A stretch of 64,000 nucleotides of DNA from Marine Group II euryarchaeote MED-G37 (GTDB lineage Archaea > Thermoplasmatota > Poseidoniia > Poseidoniales > Thalassarchaeaceae), in assembly GCA_002457555.1 (NCBI GenBank), contig NTJQ01000005.1, positions 28,335-92,334 of the forward strand, written 5' to 3'. Under the pieces are notes generated by a model. It saw only the letters and a list, made by a program, of their open reading frames with translations, had not been told where the DNA came from and ran no database searches. This document shows positions 44,115-54,068 of this stretch, in pieces. The position numbers and the translations under genes were made by a program. Position 1 is the first letter of the stretch. The number at the start of each line of letters is the position of its first letter.

Positions 44115-45941
44115 TCAGAGGTCGATTCCACGGTTTCGTGCATCTTCTTCCATAGCATCTTTTCGGCCTTGATCTACGTCGACCCATCTCATCATTACTG
44201 TACCTATCAGGATAAGCACCGCAATAGAAAGAATTCCAACTCTGCTATCAAACATCACGGTCATCCAGAAATAGAGTAGTGGGCCAATGAATGCAGCCAC
44301 CTTTCCAAAGAAGCCAAAGAAGCCAAAGAATTCAGCACTTCTAGACTCAGGAACCATCTGACCGAATAGACTCCTAGCAAGACCTTGTGAACCCCCAAGT
44401 AAGGTACCCATTGAACAACCAAGGATTAGGAACTGCAAACCAACGGAAAGACCCAAAGGTTCCCAAACATTACTTCTTACTGCTTTAGGAATGAAGTCCA
44501 ACTTTCCGTCTCCAAGGTTAGTTGGATGATCGACACCTACAACGCTAGTTCCTCCATTTTCACTAATTGAAAACCTAGTTTCCTCAAAGGAAGCCATCAG
44601 CGCTTGAACTGAAGCGGCATCAAGGGAGCCTAAATTCAATGTGACTGATTCATCGTTTTCATCAAAGCCTCCCCATTTGTAAATCACAGAATCATCGTAA
44701 TCGTCGTCTATGATTGCTATACCATAAGTGGATAGAATATCTGCTGCCCAGAGTTGCTCATCGTCACCTTCCTCTACAGCGATAGGAGTCCCGACAAGGT
44801 TAGCGTGCGGCGTGTAATGCCATTCGCCGTCTACTTCCTCGATTTGTACTTGATGATCAGAATGTTCTGAGTATTCTAAAGGAGCGAAGGAAAGTGCTGC
44901 GAAACACAACACTACCCAGCCTACTAATGCCACATTTAGTGCAGGTTTTGTGCCTATATTTTTCGCCAGGTAGGTAAAGGCAATTGCAGAAGGAGCACCC
45001 ACGAATTGAATTGCTACAATAGTTAATATTAGATCGACTGTAGTAATTCCCAATACTGTAGTTCCGAAAATACCACCAAGTGCTGTTACACTGTTTATTC
45101 CATCAATGAAGAAGAAATATGCAAGCATATAGATGAATAAAGTGCGGAATTTATGAACCTCTGAAATGGTCTTTAGAATTTCCTTCAAAGCCAGGCTCGC
45201 TGATTCTCTAAAACCAAGTGAAGCCATTTCATCCTTGATTGGAGGCTCTGGAACCCACTTGAATGTCAACAAAGCAAACCCGAACCACCACGCTGCAGAT
45301 GAGGCCATAACAAACGGAATGACCCAATCACCTGTTAGCGCAAGCACCATGCCTAGGTGTACAATTAACAACAAGCCTCCACCTAGGTAACCATAGGCAA
45401 ATGCAAGATTAGATATCCTATCCATTTCATCATCAGTTCCCAAATGAGGGAGTAATGCATTGTAGAATACGCCCGCTCCATTCAATCCTATATTTGCAAA
45501 CATGAAACAAACCATCAACCAAAGCCATTGATTGTCAACTGGTAACATAGGGGCAAATGCAAGCAGGAATGTCCCTACTACTCCTACGTAAGTGAGTATT
45601 TTTAGCCACCACATCTTGATTCTTCGACGATCGGCAATAACACCCAGTGAAGGACTTACAATGGCCACTAAAAGAGTTCCAATCGCAACAGATAGTGACC
45701 AAACAGCGTCGCCAGTCATTTCTATTGAACCGATTTCAGTCGTCAAACCATTGGCTTTCAAGAAAAGATATGCATACCAAGCTGGCAAAACCGCGACGGT
45801 TACTGAGGTCTCAAAAGCAGACTTACCCCAATCGTAGAAGGCGTATCCTTTCACTGCCTGTGGGTCTGATTGTTTATCCAATTCTACTGTCTCTGACATA
45901 TCTTCACCTATTTTTGCGGCGATGTATAGGGGTATGAGCAT
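44115..45941 (-). CDS. MFS transporter, Atg22/UMF1-like family, with a large acidic extracytoplasmic loop
   Basis: N-terminal YAFYDWGKSAFETSV matches the Atg22-like signature (YDWANSAF). 12 TM helices. A ~130-aa Asp/Glu-rich loop is inserted between TM6 and TM7. Confidence 0.6.
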   Translation of the reverse strand: MLIPLYIAAKIGEDMSETVELDKQSDPQAVKGYAFYDWGKSAFETSVTVAVLPAWYAYLFLKANGLTTEIGSIEMTGDAVWSLSVAIGTLLVAIVSPSLGVIADRRRIKMWWLKILTYVGVVGTFLLAFAPMLPVDNQWLWLMVCFMFANIGLNGAGVFYNALLPHLGTDDEMDRISNLAFAYGYLGGGLLLIVHLGMVLALTGDWVIPFVMASSAAWWFGFALLTFKWVPEPPIKDEMASLGFRESASLALKEILKTISEVHKFRTLFIYMLAYFFFIDGINSVTALGGIFGTTVLGITTVDLILTIVAIQFVGAPSAIAFTYLAKNIGTKPALNVALVGWVVLCFAALSFAPLEYSEHSDHQVQIEEVDGEWHYTPHANLVGTPIAVEEGDDEQLWAADILSTYGIAIIDDDYDDSVIYKWGGFDENDESVTLNLGSLDAASVQALMASFEETRFSISENGGTSVVGVDHPTNLGDGKLDFIPKAVRSNVWEPLGLSVGLQFLILGCSMGTLLGGSQGLARSLFGQMVPESRSAEFFGFFGFFGKVAAFIGPLLYFWMTVMFDSRVGILSIAVLILIGTVMMRWVDVDQGRKDAMEEDARNRGIDL

Positions 45942-46003
45942 TGGGGCGGCATAACTAGTGGTAAAGACGGCTTATTCAATACCCCCGGAGCACTCGACAA
46001 CAT

Positions 46004-47119
46004 GTGTCACTAGACTCGACTTGGGCCCGTCCAACGGAGAATTCTGTTGAAGCATTAGAACATGGTATGAGATTTGTCGATGGTGTTGAACTAGATTTAC
46101 GGCTAAGCACAGATGGCGAATTGATGCTCTGGCACGACGATCTATTCGAAGAGAAGTTGCCAAAAAACCAAAGGTGCCCAGAGCTTATGCATAGTGAAGA
46201 AATCGCGGCTAAAGGAGTAAACAGATTCGATGATTTACTCGCCAGTTCAGAATTTACTGAATTATGGAAAAGTTCCTCTAAAACTGTCAATATCGAATTG
46301 AAAGTACCTCATCCTGTTTCGAAAATTTCGGACCATACGAACCATCTTGCGTCGATGATGACTAAGGTAGAGGATTCGTTGGAATATCTTGAGTTGCCTA
46401 AGCGTTCGACGATGATTTACGGATTTTCTCCGCGTATTGCAGAGGCAGTCAAGAAAAGCGGAGTTACACTTCCAAATACTCAGTTATCTCCACATCTGAG
46501 GTCTTGGGGTAAATCCAAGATAAAGCGATTGTTTGGTTCACCTAATTTTGTTTCAAATTCTGTTTCGGGACTGATTAAAGATCGCAGACGAAAGGGTATG
46601 CCAGTGGTGGGAATGGCCCTACACTACCTGCATGGATGGGAGAGGTTCATTCATCCCGGGGCACCAGTATCTCTTACCGGTAAAGGACTCAACCGTTTAT
46701 TCAGGGTTAGTCAAGAAATGGGATTGCATGTTTGGCCCGCACCTCTAAAACTTGAGACAATAATGTTGGATGCTGGAATTACTTTAATTTCTGATTTAAT
46801 AGATCCAACTATCCATAGTTTGCCGAATGGAGATGTTCGTTGGCCTCGACCGGCTAGCCAACCTTTGGATGAAGAATGGAAAAAGGTACTGAACTCTGCT
46901 GATGTGTTGGAAAGGCCAGACCTTCTGTTGGAGGCTGAAAGTTCCTTACCAATGTGGCATGAAATGCAAGATAGTGCTCGAAAAGATGCTATAATTTCTG
47001 ATGCTAAAAAATGGAATTGGTCCGGAAGCCCCGAGTCATGGGCCAATGATTTGCATGAAGGTAGACCTTGGGGTTGTGCTAGGCTGATCGGGCACCGAGG
47101 TTCTGGCGAAGGCCACTGA
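46004..47119 (+). CDS. Glycerophosphodiester phosphodiesterase (GDPD)-like protein with degenerate N-terminal catalytic motif
   Basis: PTENSVEALEHGMRFVDGVELDLRLSTDGELMLWHDD matches the GDPD PENTxxAFxxAxxxGADxIELDVxxTKDGxxVVxHD block. The usual upstream HRG is replaced by STWAR. The protein ends ...ARLIGHRGSGEGH, which looks like the start of a GDPD domain. GTG start. Confidence 0.55.
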   Translation: MSLDSTWARPTENSVEALEHGMRFVDGVELDLRLSTDGELMLWHDDLFEEKLPKNQRCPELMHSEEIAAKGVNRFDDLLASSEFTELWKSSSKTVNIELKVPHPVSKISDHTNHLASMMTKVEDSLEYLELPKRSTMIYGFSPRIAEAVKKSGVTLPNTQLSPHLRSWGKSKIKRLFGSPNFVSNSVSGLIKDRRRKGMPVVGMALHYLHGWERFIHPGAPVSLTGKGLNRLFRVSQEMGLHVWPAPLKLETIMLDAGITLISDLIDPTIHSLPNGDVRWPRPASQPLDEEWKKVLNSADVLERPDLLLEAESSLPMWHEMQDSARKDAIISDAKKWNWSGSPESWANDLHEGRPWGCARLIGHRGSGEGH

Positions 47120-47127
47120 CTGAACCA

Positions 47128-48297
47128 TCACTCTAGTCTTCGGTGAGGTTGGTTTCTAGGGATGTACTTAGGTCGGTAAATCGGAGTGCCCCTACCATCT
47201 CTTGCATTGCGCTCATCCATTATTTGTGCGCATATACCAGCAACTCTTGCCCATCCAAAGAATGTAGTGTAATACTCAGGTTTACGGAATCCAATAGCAT
47301 GTAGTAAAGAACCACTACCCAAATCGACATTGGGGTATGGATTCTTGATTTTGGGGTGCTCTTTCAGGATAGGCGGTACCACCTCTCGAAGGGTTTTGAC
47401 AATGCGATAATTTTCATCATCAGGGCAAACTTCTGCACCTAGTCCAATGAGCAATCTTGCTCTCGGGTCTTCTGCCCTTAGAACTCCGTGACCAAAACCG
47501 AATATTGGACGCTTTGCTGCTAATTCAGCCCGGACGAAAGCTTCGATTTCATCTGGGTCATCGGTCCCAATTCTTTGTACAAATTCTAAACATGCTTGAT
47601 TTGCGCGGCCGTGAAGCGGTCCAGAAAGTGCATTCATTGCAGATGCTATCGATGCGTAAACTGTTGCGCGACCACTAGCGACTGCCTTACCTGTAAATGT
47701 GGAGAGATTGCCTCCCCCATGGTCTAGGTGTAGAATAAAGAAAAACCTCAGAACTCTATTCATCCTCTCTGCTTCATCACCAGTCATTCCCAACATGTGG
47801 ACAAAATTCTCAACCAAACCAAGTTCTGGTTTACTCGGTTGAAGATTTTCTTTCTTACCGTCCCTCATAAGGAAAATTCGCGCCATCAATTCTGGCATTC
47901 GAGCGATTAGGTTCATCGAATCTGTGCGCACATCGCCGGTAGTATCTGCTGCTCCTAAAGCCATTATTCCCATGGATAGCCAATCCATAGGATGGCCGCT
48001 ACCTGGTGTTAGAGACTCTAGAACACGGAGAGCACCAGTTGGTATTTCCATAGCTCTGTGAGCGAGTTCTGTACGGAACGCTTCGGATTCTTCTTCGGTT
48101 GGTAATCTCTTGTGCATTAGGAGATAGATTACATCCTCTTCTTCGAGATTAGCTAGGTCCTCTACAGGATAACCTACGTAGTGCACTCCTTCTATCGGAT
48201 CGACGAATGAGGTCTTGCAAGTACCTACTGGAATACCACGCATTCCACTATCTAGATGTGCCTCTGTAATCGTAAACAAAGAGTCGTCATCAGTCAC
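47128..48297 (-). CDS. gltA: Citrate synthase
   Basis: HGGGNLSTFTGKAVASGRATVYASIASAMNALSGPLHGRANQ matches the citrate-synthase active-site His-containing signature. About 380-aa archaeal/bacterial type. Confidence 0.85.
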   Translation of the reverse strand: MTDDDSLFTITEAHLDSGMRGIPVGTCKTSFVDPIEGVHYVGYPVEDLANLEEEDVIYLLMHKRLPTEEESEAFRTELAHRAMEIPTGALRVLESLTPGSGHPMDWLSMGIMALGAADTTGDVRTDSMNLIARMPELMARIFLMRDGKKENLQPSKPELGLVENFVHMLGMTGDEAERMNRVLRFFFILHLDHGGGNLSTFTGKAVASGRATVYASIASAMNALSGPLHGRANQACLEFVQRIGTDDPDEIEAFVRAELAAKRPIFGFGHGVLRAEDPRARLLIGLGAEVCPDDENYRIVKTLREVVPPILKEHPKIKNPYPNVDLGSGSLLHAIGFRKPEYYTTFFGWARVAGICAQIMDERNARDGRGTPIYRPKYIPRNQPHRRLE

Positions 48298-48378
48298 CCC
48301 ATCACCCTCCTATCAATTACTCTCGGCGGGGAACCCGTCATAATCTCTGCGTCCTTGGGAGTAAGAGAGTGAGAGGCT

Positions 48379-48810
48379 ATGAATAGGGACAAACCAAAGC
48401 CTCATGATTCACAATTGATGGCTTGGAATGAACTGGATGAAACTCAAAAAAATCTGTTTATTGAAGGATGTGGGCTGTTCGACGAGGGTGAATTTTGGCA
48501 CGCACATGAATCTTGGGAAGACCTTTGGAAATCACTCAAGCCGCTCGAGAAAAAAGTCGAAACCGATGCGGTGCAAGGAATAATTCAAATCGCAGCTTTA
48601 TTGTATAATTATGAAAGAAAAAAAATTCGAGGTGTCGTAAATATGGCTTCTAAATTACTTATTCGGTTGTCAGGGATAGAACACGGTATTTGGGGTGTTG
48701 ATGTTGCTGCATTACGTGTGTCGTTGATTCCATTCATTCGAGACGCCTCTGAAAATAGTCCTAAATGGAATTTAGAAACCACTTCTGTGCGTATCGATTT
48801 GGAAGAATAA
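48379..48810 (+). CDS. DUF309-family protein
   Basis: LFDEGEFWHAHESWEDLW matches the DUF309 core (FNxGxYWEAHExLExLW). Confidence 0.5.
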   Translation: MNRDKPKPHDSQLMAWNELDETQKNLFIEGCGLFDEGEFWHAHESWEDLWKSLKPLEKKVETDAVQGIIQIAALLYNYERKKIRGVVNMASKLLIRLSGIEHGIWGVDVAALRVSLIPFIRDASENSPKWNLETTSVRIDLEE

Positions 48811-48825
48811 GTAAAATTTACTAAA

Positions 48826-49494
48826 TTGAGTTATATTCCTCCCGGAACGGTATTAGAATCAGATTCTAGCCGGCGAATGATGGCTGGTTGGCGTGAGGCA
48901 CTGGATGGTCTTGATGAAGATCACAGACTTATGCTCGAAGGAGGGTCTCTTAGTCAGTTATTTCTAAGGTATCCATTGACTATCTGCCACCCTATTTTCG
49001 TTGGAACCCTTTACGGAATTCTTGCTAGCCTTACTCTAATTGCCCCTTTTGCTTATGCAGGGTATCAAGATTCGACTAGTTTGGAGAGCATGGCAGTTGA
49101 TTGGGGGACAATAAGCCTAATTTTTTGCGCTATGACTGCTATTCTCGGGGGTTTTTCGTTACTGATTTCTAGTTTATTCAAGCGCCCACCTGTAAGACTT
49201 GAAAATCGTCGACGTTATCTTTTCCCAATACCTTTCATTGGTCTGCTTCTATTGACTTGGGCAATGATTGGAGAGGCGCCTGATTTTGTTGGTAATCTTG
49301 GATGGTTCTTAGCAATTTTACCGGGTCCTCTGTACATTCATCTGTCCTATGCTCCTAGATGGAGAATGCTTGATCGAATAGATCGTGACCTAGATCCGTT
49401 TGATGGAATGAAGAGAACAATTGCTCAGGATATTTCCGCCGAGCCTGATGAATTAGATGATGAAGATCTAGACGAGGTTGTCTCAGAAGCATAG
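48826..49494 (+). CDS. Hypothetical membrane protein (4 TM)
   Basis: 222-aa ORF with four hydrophobic helices and an acidic C-terminal tail (EPDELDDEDLDEVV). Confidence 0.4.
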   Translation: MSYIPPGTVLESDSSRRMMAGWREALDGLDEDHRLMLEGGSLSQLFLRYPLTICHPIFVGTLYGILASLTLIAPFAYAGYQDSTSLESMAVDWGTISLIFCAMTAILGGFSLLISSLFKRPPVRLENRRRYLFPIPFIGLLLLTWAMIGEAPDFVGNLGWFLAILPGPLYIHLSYAPRWRMLDRIDRDLDPFDGMKRTIAQDISAEPDELDDEDLDEVVSEA

Positions 49495-49508
49495 ATCTAA
49501 GAGTAAAA

Positions 49509-49931
49509 TCAGTCAAGTTTGATATAATTTACTTGAGCCACTGCTACAAGATTATTTTCAGAATCATATAATTCGGCTTCTGATAGACTCATCGTTTTTC
49601 CAGCCTTAATCACCCTTGCAACACATCGAACGTCTGTATTGCAAGGTCTTAGGAATCTAATGTTAAAATCAGTAGTGGCGACTTTTGCTTCGGAACCAAT
49701 TTTGGTTAGAATCGCCCAACAAGTTACGGTATCAGCAATTGTTGCGAGTAAACCACCGTGGAATGTCTGGTAAATTCCATCCCACTTCTTAGCACGGGGA
49801 ACATGACCTTCGCACTCCCCCTCATCAAGGCGAAGTATCTGCATTTGTAACGTCTCAATAATAGGTACGGAGTGTATTCTTTTCATCATCGAATCGATTT
49901 CATTTTCAGACAAACTAGACGTTTCAACCAT
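49509..49931 (-). CDS. Hotdog-fold thioesterase (PaaI/4HBT family)
   Basis: 140 aa. HGGLLATIADTVTCWA matches the PaaI-type HGGxxAxLADxA motif. Confidence 0.65.
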   Translation of the reverse strand: MVETSSLSENEIDSMMKRIHSVPIIETLQMQILRLDEGECEGHVPRAKKWDGIYQTFHGGLLATIADTVTCWAILTKIGSEAKVATTDFNIRFLRPCNTDVRCVARVIKAGKTMSLSEAELYDSENNLVAVAQVNYIKLD

Positions 49932-49940
49932 CCGATCACC

Positions 49941-51122
49941 TCAAATTAAACCGAGATTTGCACCAACTTGTTCAAAAATTCTGAGAACCTGATCCAAGTC
50001 ATCTCGAGTTAAACCAGCAGACATTTGAGTTCTAACTCTAGCCTTATCTCTAGCGACCATCGGGAATGTGATTGCACCAGCCATTACACCTTCTTGCGCT
50101 AGAGATTGAGAAAGTGATTTGGCGTTTGAAGATTCACCACACATTACTGGAATAATCGGAGTCTCAGATAGTCCAGTATCAAATCCTAATGATTGCAATT
50201 CTTCTCTGAAATAATTTGTATTTTGCCAAAGCCTTGCATGGTGTTCAGGTTCTGCCATTAATACCTCAACCGCCGCCTTTTGGGCCGCTGCAACACCTGG
50301 CGGCTGACTACCGGAGAGTAACCAGGAACGAGAATGATTGAGTGCATGTGTTCGAACATCCTCAGAACCTGCAACTATTCCTCCCTGAACTCCAAGGGCT
50401 TTGGAAAACGAGCCAACCTCAAAATCGACCTTGCCTTGTAATTTGAAGTGGTCAACGATACCAGCTCCGCCTTTCCCTAGAACTCCCTCGCCATGACAAT
50501 CATCGACTAATACCATTGCACCGTGTTCTTCCGCGAGAGAAGAAATCTCATTCAATGGTGCAATATCCCCATCCATTGAGAATACACCATCTGTGATAAT
50601 CAGTTTTCTATCGGCATCGGAATTCTCATTCAGGACTGCTTCCAATGCACCCATGTCGTTGTGTGAGTAAACCGCCCGTTGGGCCTTTGTTAATCGGACT
50701 CCATCGATAATTGATCCATGATTTAGTTCGTCACTAATAATTACGTCCTGTTTTCCCTGCACGAGTGTTGGGATTAATCCAACATTGGCTGTGTACCCAG
50801 CGGAGTAGATTAAGGAAGCTTCAACACCCTTGAATTCAGCCACCTTTTGTTCTGCTTCTAGATGAATATCCATGGTTCCGGCTATAGCACGAACAGAGCC
50901 GCTTCCTGCACCATATTTTTCGGTGGCTTCAATCATTGCCTGCACTATTTTTGGATGGTTTGTCAAATTGAGATAGTTGTTAGCAGAGAGCATGATTGTT
51001 GATTTCCCATCCATAGTAACTCTTGGCTGATTAGCGGTTTGGAGAGTAGGGGGGTTCCATTCCAAACCTTGCTCTTTTAGCGCCTCGAAGCGCTCTTTCA
51101 TCCACGAGGTGTCGCCGCTCAC
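49941..51122 (-). CDS. kbl: 2-amino-3-ketobutyrate CoA ligase / alpha-oxoamine synthase family PLP enzyme
   Basis: Collinear with E. coli Kbl: NNYLNLTNHP, ISDELNHGSIIDGVRL, DGVFSMDGDIAPL, VDDCHG, PLP-Lys block GSFSKALG, C-terminal RVRTQMSAGLT. Confidence 0.8.
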   Translation of the reverse strand: MSGDTSWMKERFEALKEQGLEWNPPTLQTANQPRVTMDGKSTIMLSANNYLNLTNHPKIVQAMIEATEKYGAGSGSVRAIAGTMDIHLEAEQKVAEFKGVEASLIYSAGYTANVGLIPTLVQGKQDVIISDELNHGSIIDGVRLTKAQRAVYSHNDMGALEAVLNENSDADRKLIITDGVFSMDGDIAPLNEISSLAEEHGAMVLVDDCHGEGVLGKGGAGIVDHFKLQGKVDFEVGSFSKALGVQGGIVAGSEDVRTHALNHSRSWLLSGSQPPGVAAAQKAAVEVLMAEPEHHARLWQNTNYFREELQSLGFDTGLSETPIIPVMCGESSNAKSLSQSLAQEGVMAGAITFPMVARDKARVRTQMSAGLTRDDLDQVLRIFEQVGANLGLI

Positions 51123-51214
51123 GTACCTGACAGGTCGGCAGCCTTGATGATTTCATCGGAACGGCAGACTAACTCTATCGACGACTCTTTCAGCACAAGG
51201 CGACCTCCCAGTAC

Positions 51215-52090
51215 ATGGACTTCCCTGCGCCCACTCTGACGATTCTCGGAACTGCGCAGGACGGTGGAGTGCCTCAAGCAGGATGTGGGTGCTCGAATTG
51301 CATTGCAGCATTCGAAAATCCCAAAAGAATGCGATTTCCAGTGTCTTTGGGAATTAGTGATAACGAGGGGGGAATGCACCTTATTGAAGCGACTAGGGCT
51401 TTGCCGGAACAATTGAAAATATGGGCAAATGCTTGTGGATTAAATAGCCCTGTAAGACCTGACTCGGTATTGCTAACTCATGCCCATTTAGGTCATATCG
51501 AAGGAATTGGTCAATTCGGAAAAGAAGCAATGGGTTGCCAAAATCTTACACTTGTGGCTAGTGACTCAGTGGCTTCAATTCTTCAAAAAAGAAACCTGAT
51601 GAATCCATTTGTTAGAGCCGATTTTACTTCAGATAGCGAACCTAACTTAGAACAAGGGAGAGTTAGGTTTGATTTCATACCAGTTCCGCACAGAGATGAT
51701 ACTTCAGACACTCATGCAATTCTAATATCTGGAGAAAAAAAAAGAGTATTGTTTCTTCCTGATCATGATGATTGGGAACAGACATTGGAATCCGTTGGAT
51801 ATTCAACCCCAAATGATTGGTTTCAGGCTCTAGGAGCCACTCATGTTCTCCTAGATGCAACCTTTTGGAATGGAGATGAATTATCCGGTCGCGACATGAG
51901 AGATGTGCCACATCCCACCGTTGAAGAAACTCTTGCAAGAGTTCAGGATGGAGCATTGGGAGGCCCTGAGATAATACTGATTCACCTAAACCATACGAAT
52001 CCACTCAATAATCCGGATAGCCCTCAATCTCGCATGATTGAAGTCGCCGGCCATCGTATTGGCAGGAGAGGCTGGAGAATTGAGTTGTAG
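51215..52090 (+). CDS. PqqB-like metallo-beta-lactamase-fold hydrolase
   Basis: N-terminus LTILGTAQDGGVPQAGCGCSNC is typical of the PqqB/MBL subfamily. THAHLGHIEG metal-binding His cluster. Confidence 0.6.
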   Translation: MDFPAPTLTILGTAQDGGVPQAGCGCSNCIAAFENPKRMRFPVSLGISDNEGGMHLIEATRALPEQLKIWANACGLNSPVRPDSVLLTHAHLGHIEGIGQFGKEAMGCQNLTLVASDSVASILQKRNLMNPFVRADFTSDSEPNLEQGRVRFDFIPVPHRDDTSDTHAILISGEKKRVLFLPDHDDWEQTLESVGYSTPNDWFQALGATHVLLDATFWNGDELSGRDMRDVPHPTVEETLARVQDGALGGPEIILIHLNHTNPLNNPDSPQSRMIEVAGHRIGRRGWRIEL

Positions 52091-52134
52091 GGTCAAATAC
52101 TGATGCTTATTTGTAATGGGCTCAACGCACGCTC

Positions 52135-52569
52135 ATGCAACTGTCTGGGACAGTCACCAGTGGGCTTGGGCGCGCTCATGTTTTCATGGCTCAGAGTCAC
52201 TATCAAGAGCAGTTCAAGACGGTATTAGGATCTGGCGCTTGGCCGGGAACTCTGAATGTAGATATTCTAGACGAGGATATTAGCATCTATAGAGAATTGA
52301 GAATCCTAGCAGGGTTAGACGAAGGTGAAACTTCAGCAAATATAGAATCAATTAGAATCGCTGGATTTGAGCGGGATGGTCGGTCTTTTGGTGGTGCTAC
52401 TGCCTTCCCTGCAAGCATTTCATCAGATGGTGAAAATTGGATAGAATGTGCGATTCTTATCCCTGATTTAACTCGACATACAAAAACAGCAGAGGTGATT
52501 TCGAGTGCCTTTCTGCGTGAAAGATTACCTTGCTCTGATGACGAAATGGTTACTTTACGTCTTGGATGA
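52135..52569 (+). CDS. ribK: CTP-dependent riboflavin kinase (archaeal RibK, MJ0056-like)
   Basis: LSGTVTSGLGRAHVFMAQSHYQEQFKTVLGSGAWPGTLNVDI matches the archaeal RibK core (GxVxSGxGxGxxFxxxxxYxxxFxxxLGxxPYPGTLN). 144 aa with no N-terminal HTH. Confidence 0.65.
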   Translation: MQLSGTVTSGLGRAHVFMAQSHYQEQFKTVLGSGAWPGTLNVDILDEDISIYRELRILAGLDEGETSANIESIRIAGFERDGRSFGGATAFPASISSDGENWIECAILIPDLTRHTKTAEVISSAFLRERLPCSDDEMVTLRLG

Positions 52570-53431
52570 GTCTCAGCCACTCTCTCTCTAAGATTGAACT
52601 ATTTTCCATTCTTGCTAAGTTCAACCATTGCTTGTGAGCTCTTTTTCCCTCTGGTGGCATACTTATCCCCTCAATGAGTTCTAGATTCTCAAACTTATGA
52701 GAGAATTCAGAGTGCCCAAGTGACCACAGAATGAGGCCATCGGCCGGTGCTAGCCCCAGGTCGAATGGGACACTGGGATTGTCCAAAGCCTGCGTAATGG
52801 TATCCAACCGAATATCTTTCTTTACAAATCTATGAAGCGCTGAAGCCATTCGACGGATTTGATTCCAGAGGAATGAATCCGCAACTACTGTGAATCCTAC
52901 CACGCGACCGGAATCATCCTGCCAAGGTTGGCAGGATTCAATAATTCGAATCGGACTTCTTTTGGGATCTAGTCTACAGAAATTGGTGAAATCATGTTGG
53001 CCTACAAAGAGATTACAGGCACTCTTTAACTCATCAAATTCTAACTCTTTAGGCCAACTGGGAATCATGTCGCAACGATAGAAATAAAGCCTTTTTTCAG
53101 CGATTCTCGACCTTGTCCCCTCGGGTACTCTACAAGCTTTCCATACCACTAAGTCTTCTGGTAAATGATCATTTAATGCGGAAACCAATGACTTCTCGTC
53201 GATAATTTTAGCAATTTTATTTGGAAGCATAATTGTTGCCAAATTCATCCTTACGCTAACCCCTGAATCAGTCCTACTCGACATCTCAAGACAGGATTCA
53301 CTCCACCACCCTAATTTCTCAATAGCTCCCTTAATTTCACCTTGAACCGTTCGAACATCCGGCTGAATTTGTGAACCGTGAAATTTAGCACCGTGATAGC
53401 CAAAGGCGACCATCATAAGGTCGCTATCCAC
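52550..53431 (-). CDS. truA: tRNA pseudouridine synthase TruA/Pus-type
   Basis: FGYHGAKFHGSQIQPDVRTVQGEI and the catalytic-Asp block SSRTDSGVSV (RTDxGVH-like). 293 aa. Confidence 0.7.
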   Translation of the reverse strand: MDSDLMMVAFGYHGAKFHGSQIQPDVRTVQGEIKGAIEKLGWWSESCLEMSSRTDSGVSVRMNLATIMLPNKIAKIIDEKSLVSALNDHLPEDLVVWKACRVPEGTRSRIAEKRLYFYRCDMIPSWPKELEFDELKSACNLFVGQHDFTNFCRLDPKRSPIRIIESCQPWQDDSGRVVGFTVVADSFLWNQIRRMASALHRFVKKDIRLDTITQALDNPSVPFDLGLAPADGLILWSLGHSEFSHKFENLELIEGISMPPEGKRAHKQWLNLARMENSSILEREWLRLIQDVK

Positions 53432-53443
53432 GCCGAACCCTCT

Positions 53444-54022
53444 TCACTCTTCTAGTCCAAGGTACTCAATTGCCTCTTCAGCAGAGGAAAATCCTAGACC
53501 TAACAGTGCAAAGGTCACTGCCTCGGAAATATACTGTCTGGCAATTGGTGCACTTCTATCGAAGTTGGTTTTGAGATCGATTGCCTCAATTAACCCTCTT
53601 GCGGCCTCATAGAGGTGGAAAGAGACATCAGTTTCGTCGGATTCCTTTCCGATTTCTACTAACTTGTGTAATTGTCTGACAGCCATTGGAATTCTGTCGA
53701 ATTCTACCAAAGCATTGGCATATGCAGCATTGTAATCCGCATTATCAGGAGCCATACTAGCCGCTCTACGGAAATATGCATTGATTTGACCCTCGTTAAT
53801 CCGGTCATTTCCCTTGTCATCGAGGTTCCCATTTTCTTGGATATCAAACAAAGCAGCTTCCGCCCAGCCGTGGTAACCGGTTGGGTCGTCAGGGTTAGAA
53901 TCGATGTACACCTCGAATACCCCCATAGCGCCAGCATAGTCTCCGCTAGTAATCAGTTGAGCCGCCTGTGTAACTATCTCGTCTGCACTCATCTCTATTC
54001 CTCGTGTGACTCTCACTGTCAT
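53444..54022 (-). CDS. TPR-repeat protein
   Basis: 192-aa soluble protein with TPR-like helical repeats (DYAGAMGVFEVYIDSNPDDPTGYHGWAEA; AYFRRAASMAPDNADYNAAYANAL). Confidence 0.45.
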   Translation of the reverse strand: MTVRVTRGIEMSADEIVTQAAQLITSGDYAGAMGVFEVYIDSNPDDPTGYHGWAEAALFDIQENGNLDDKGNDRINEGQINAYFRRAASMAPDNADYNAAYANALVEFDRIPMAVRQLHKLVEIGKESDETDVSFHLYEAARGLIEAIDLKTNFDRSAPIARQYISEAVTFALLGLGFSSAEEAIEYLGLEE

Positions 54023-54068
54023 ACCTGTTATGAACGGTGCGGCGTAGACCTTCCTGAATTGTCAGTGA

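Noticed and set aside
51119-51412. 97-aa minus-strand ORF between kbl and the PqqB-like gene
   Set aside because: It overlaps the kbl start and the PqqB-like N-terminus, has no motifs, and is most likely a spurious ORF across a divergent promoter.
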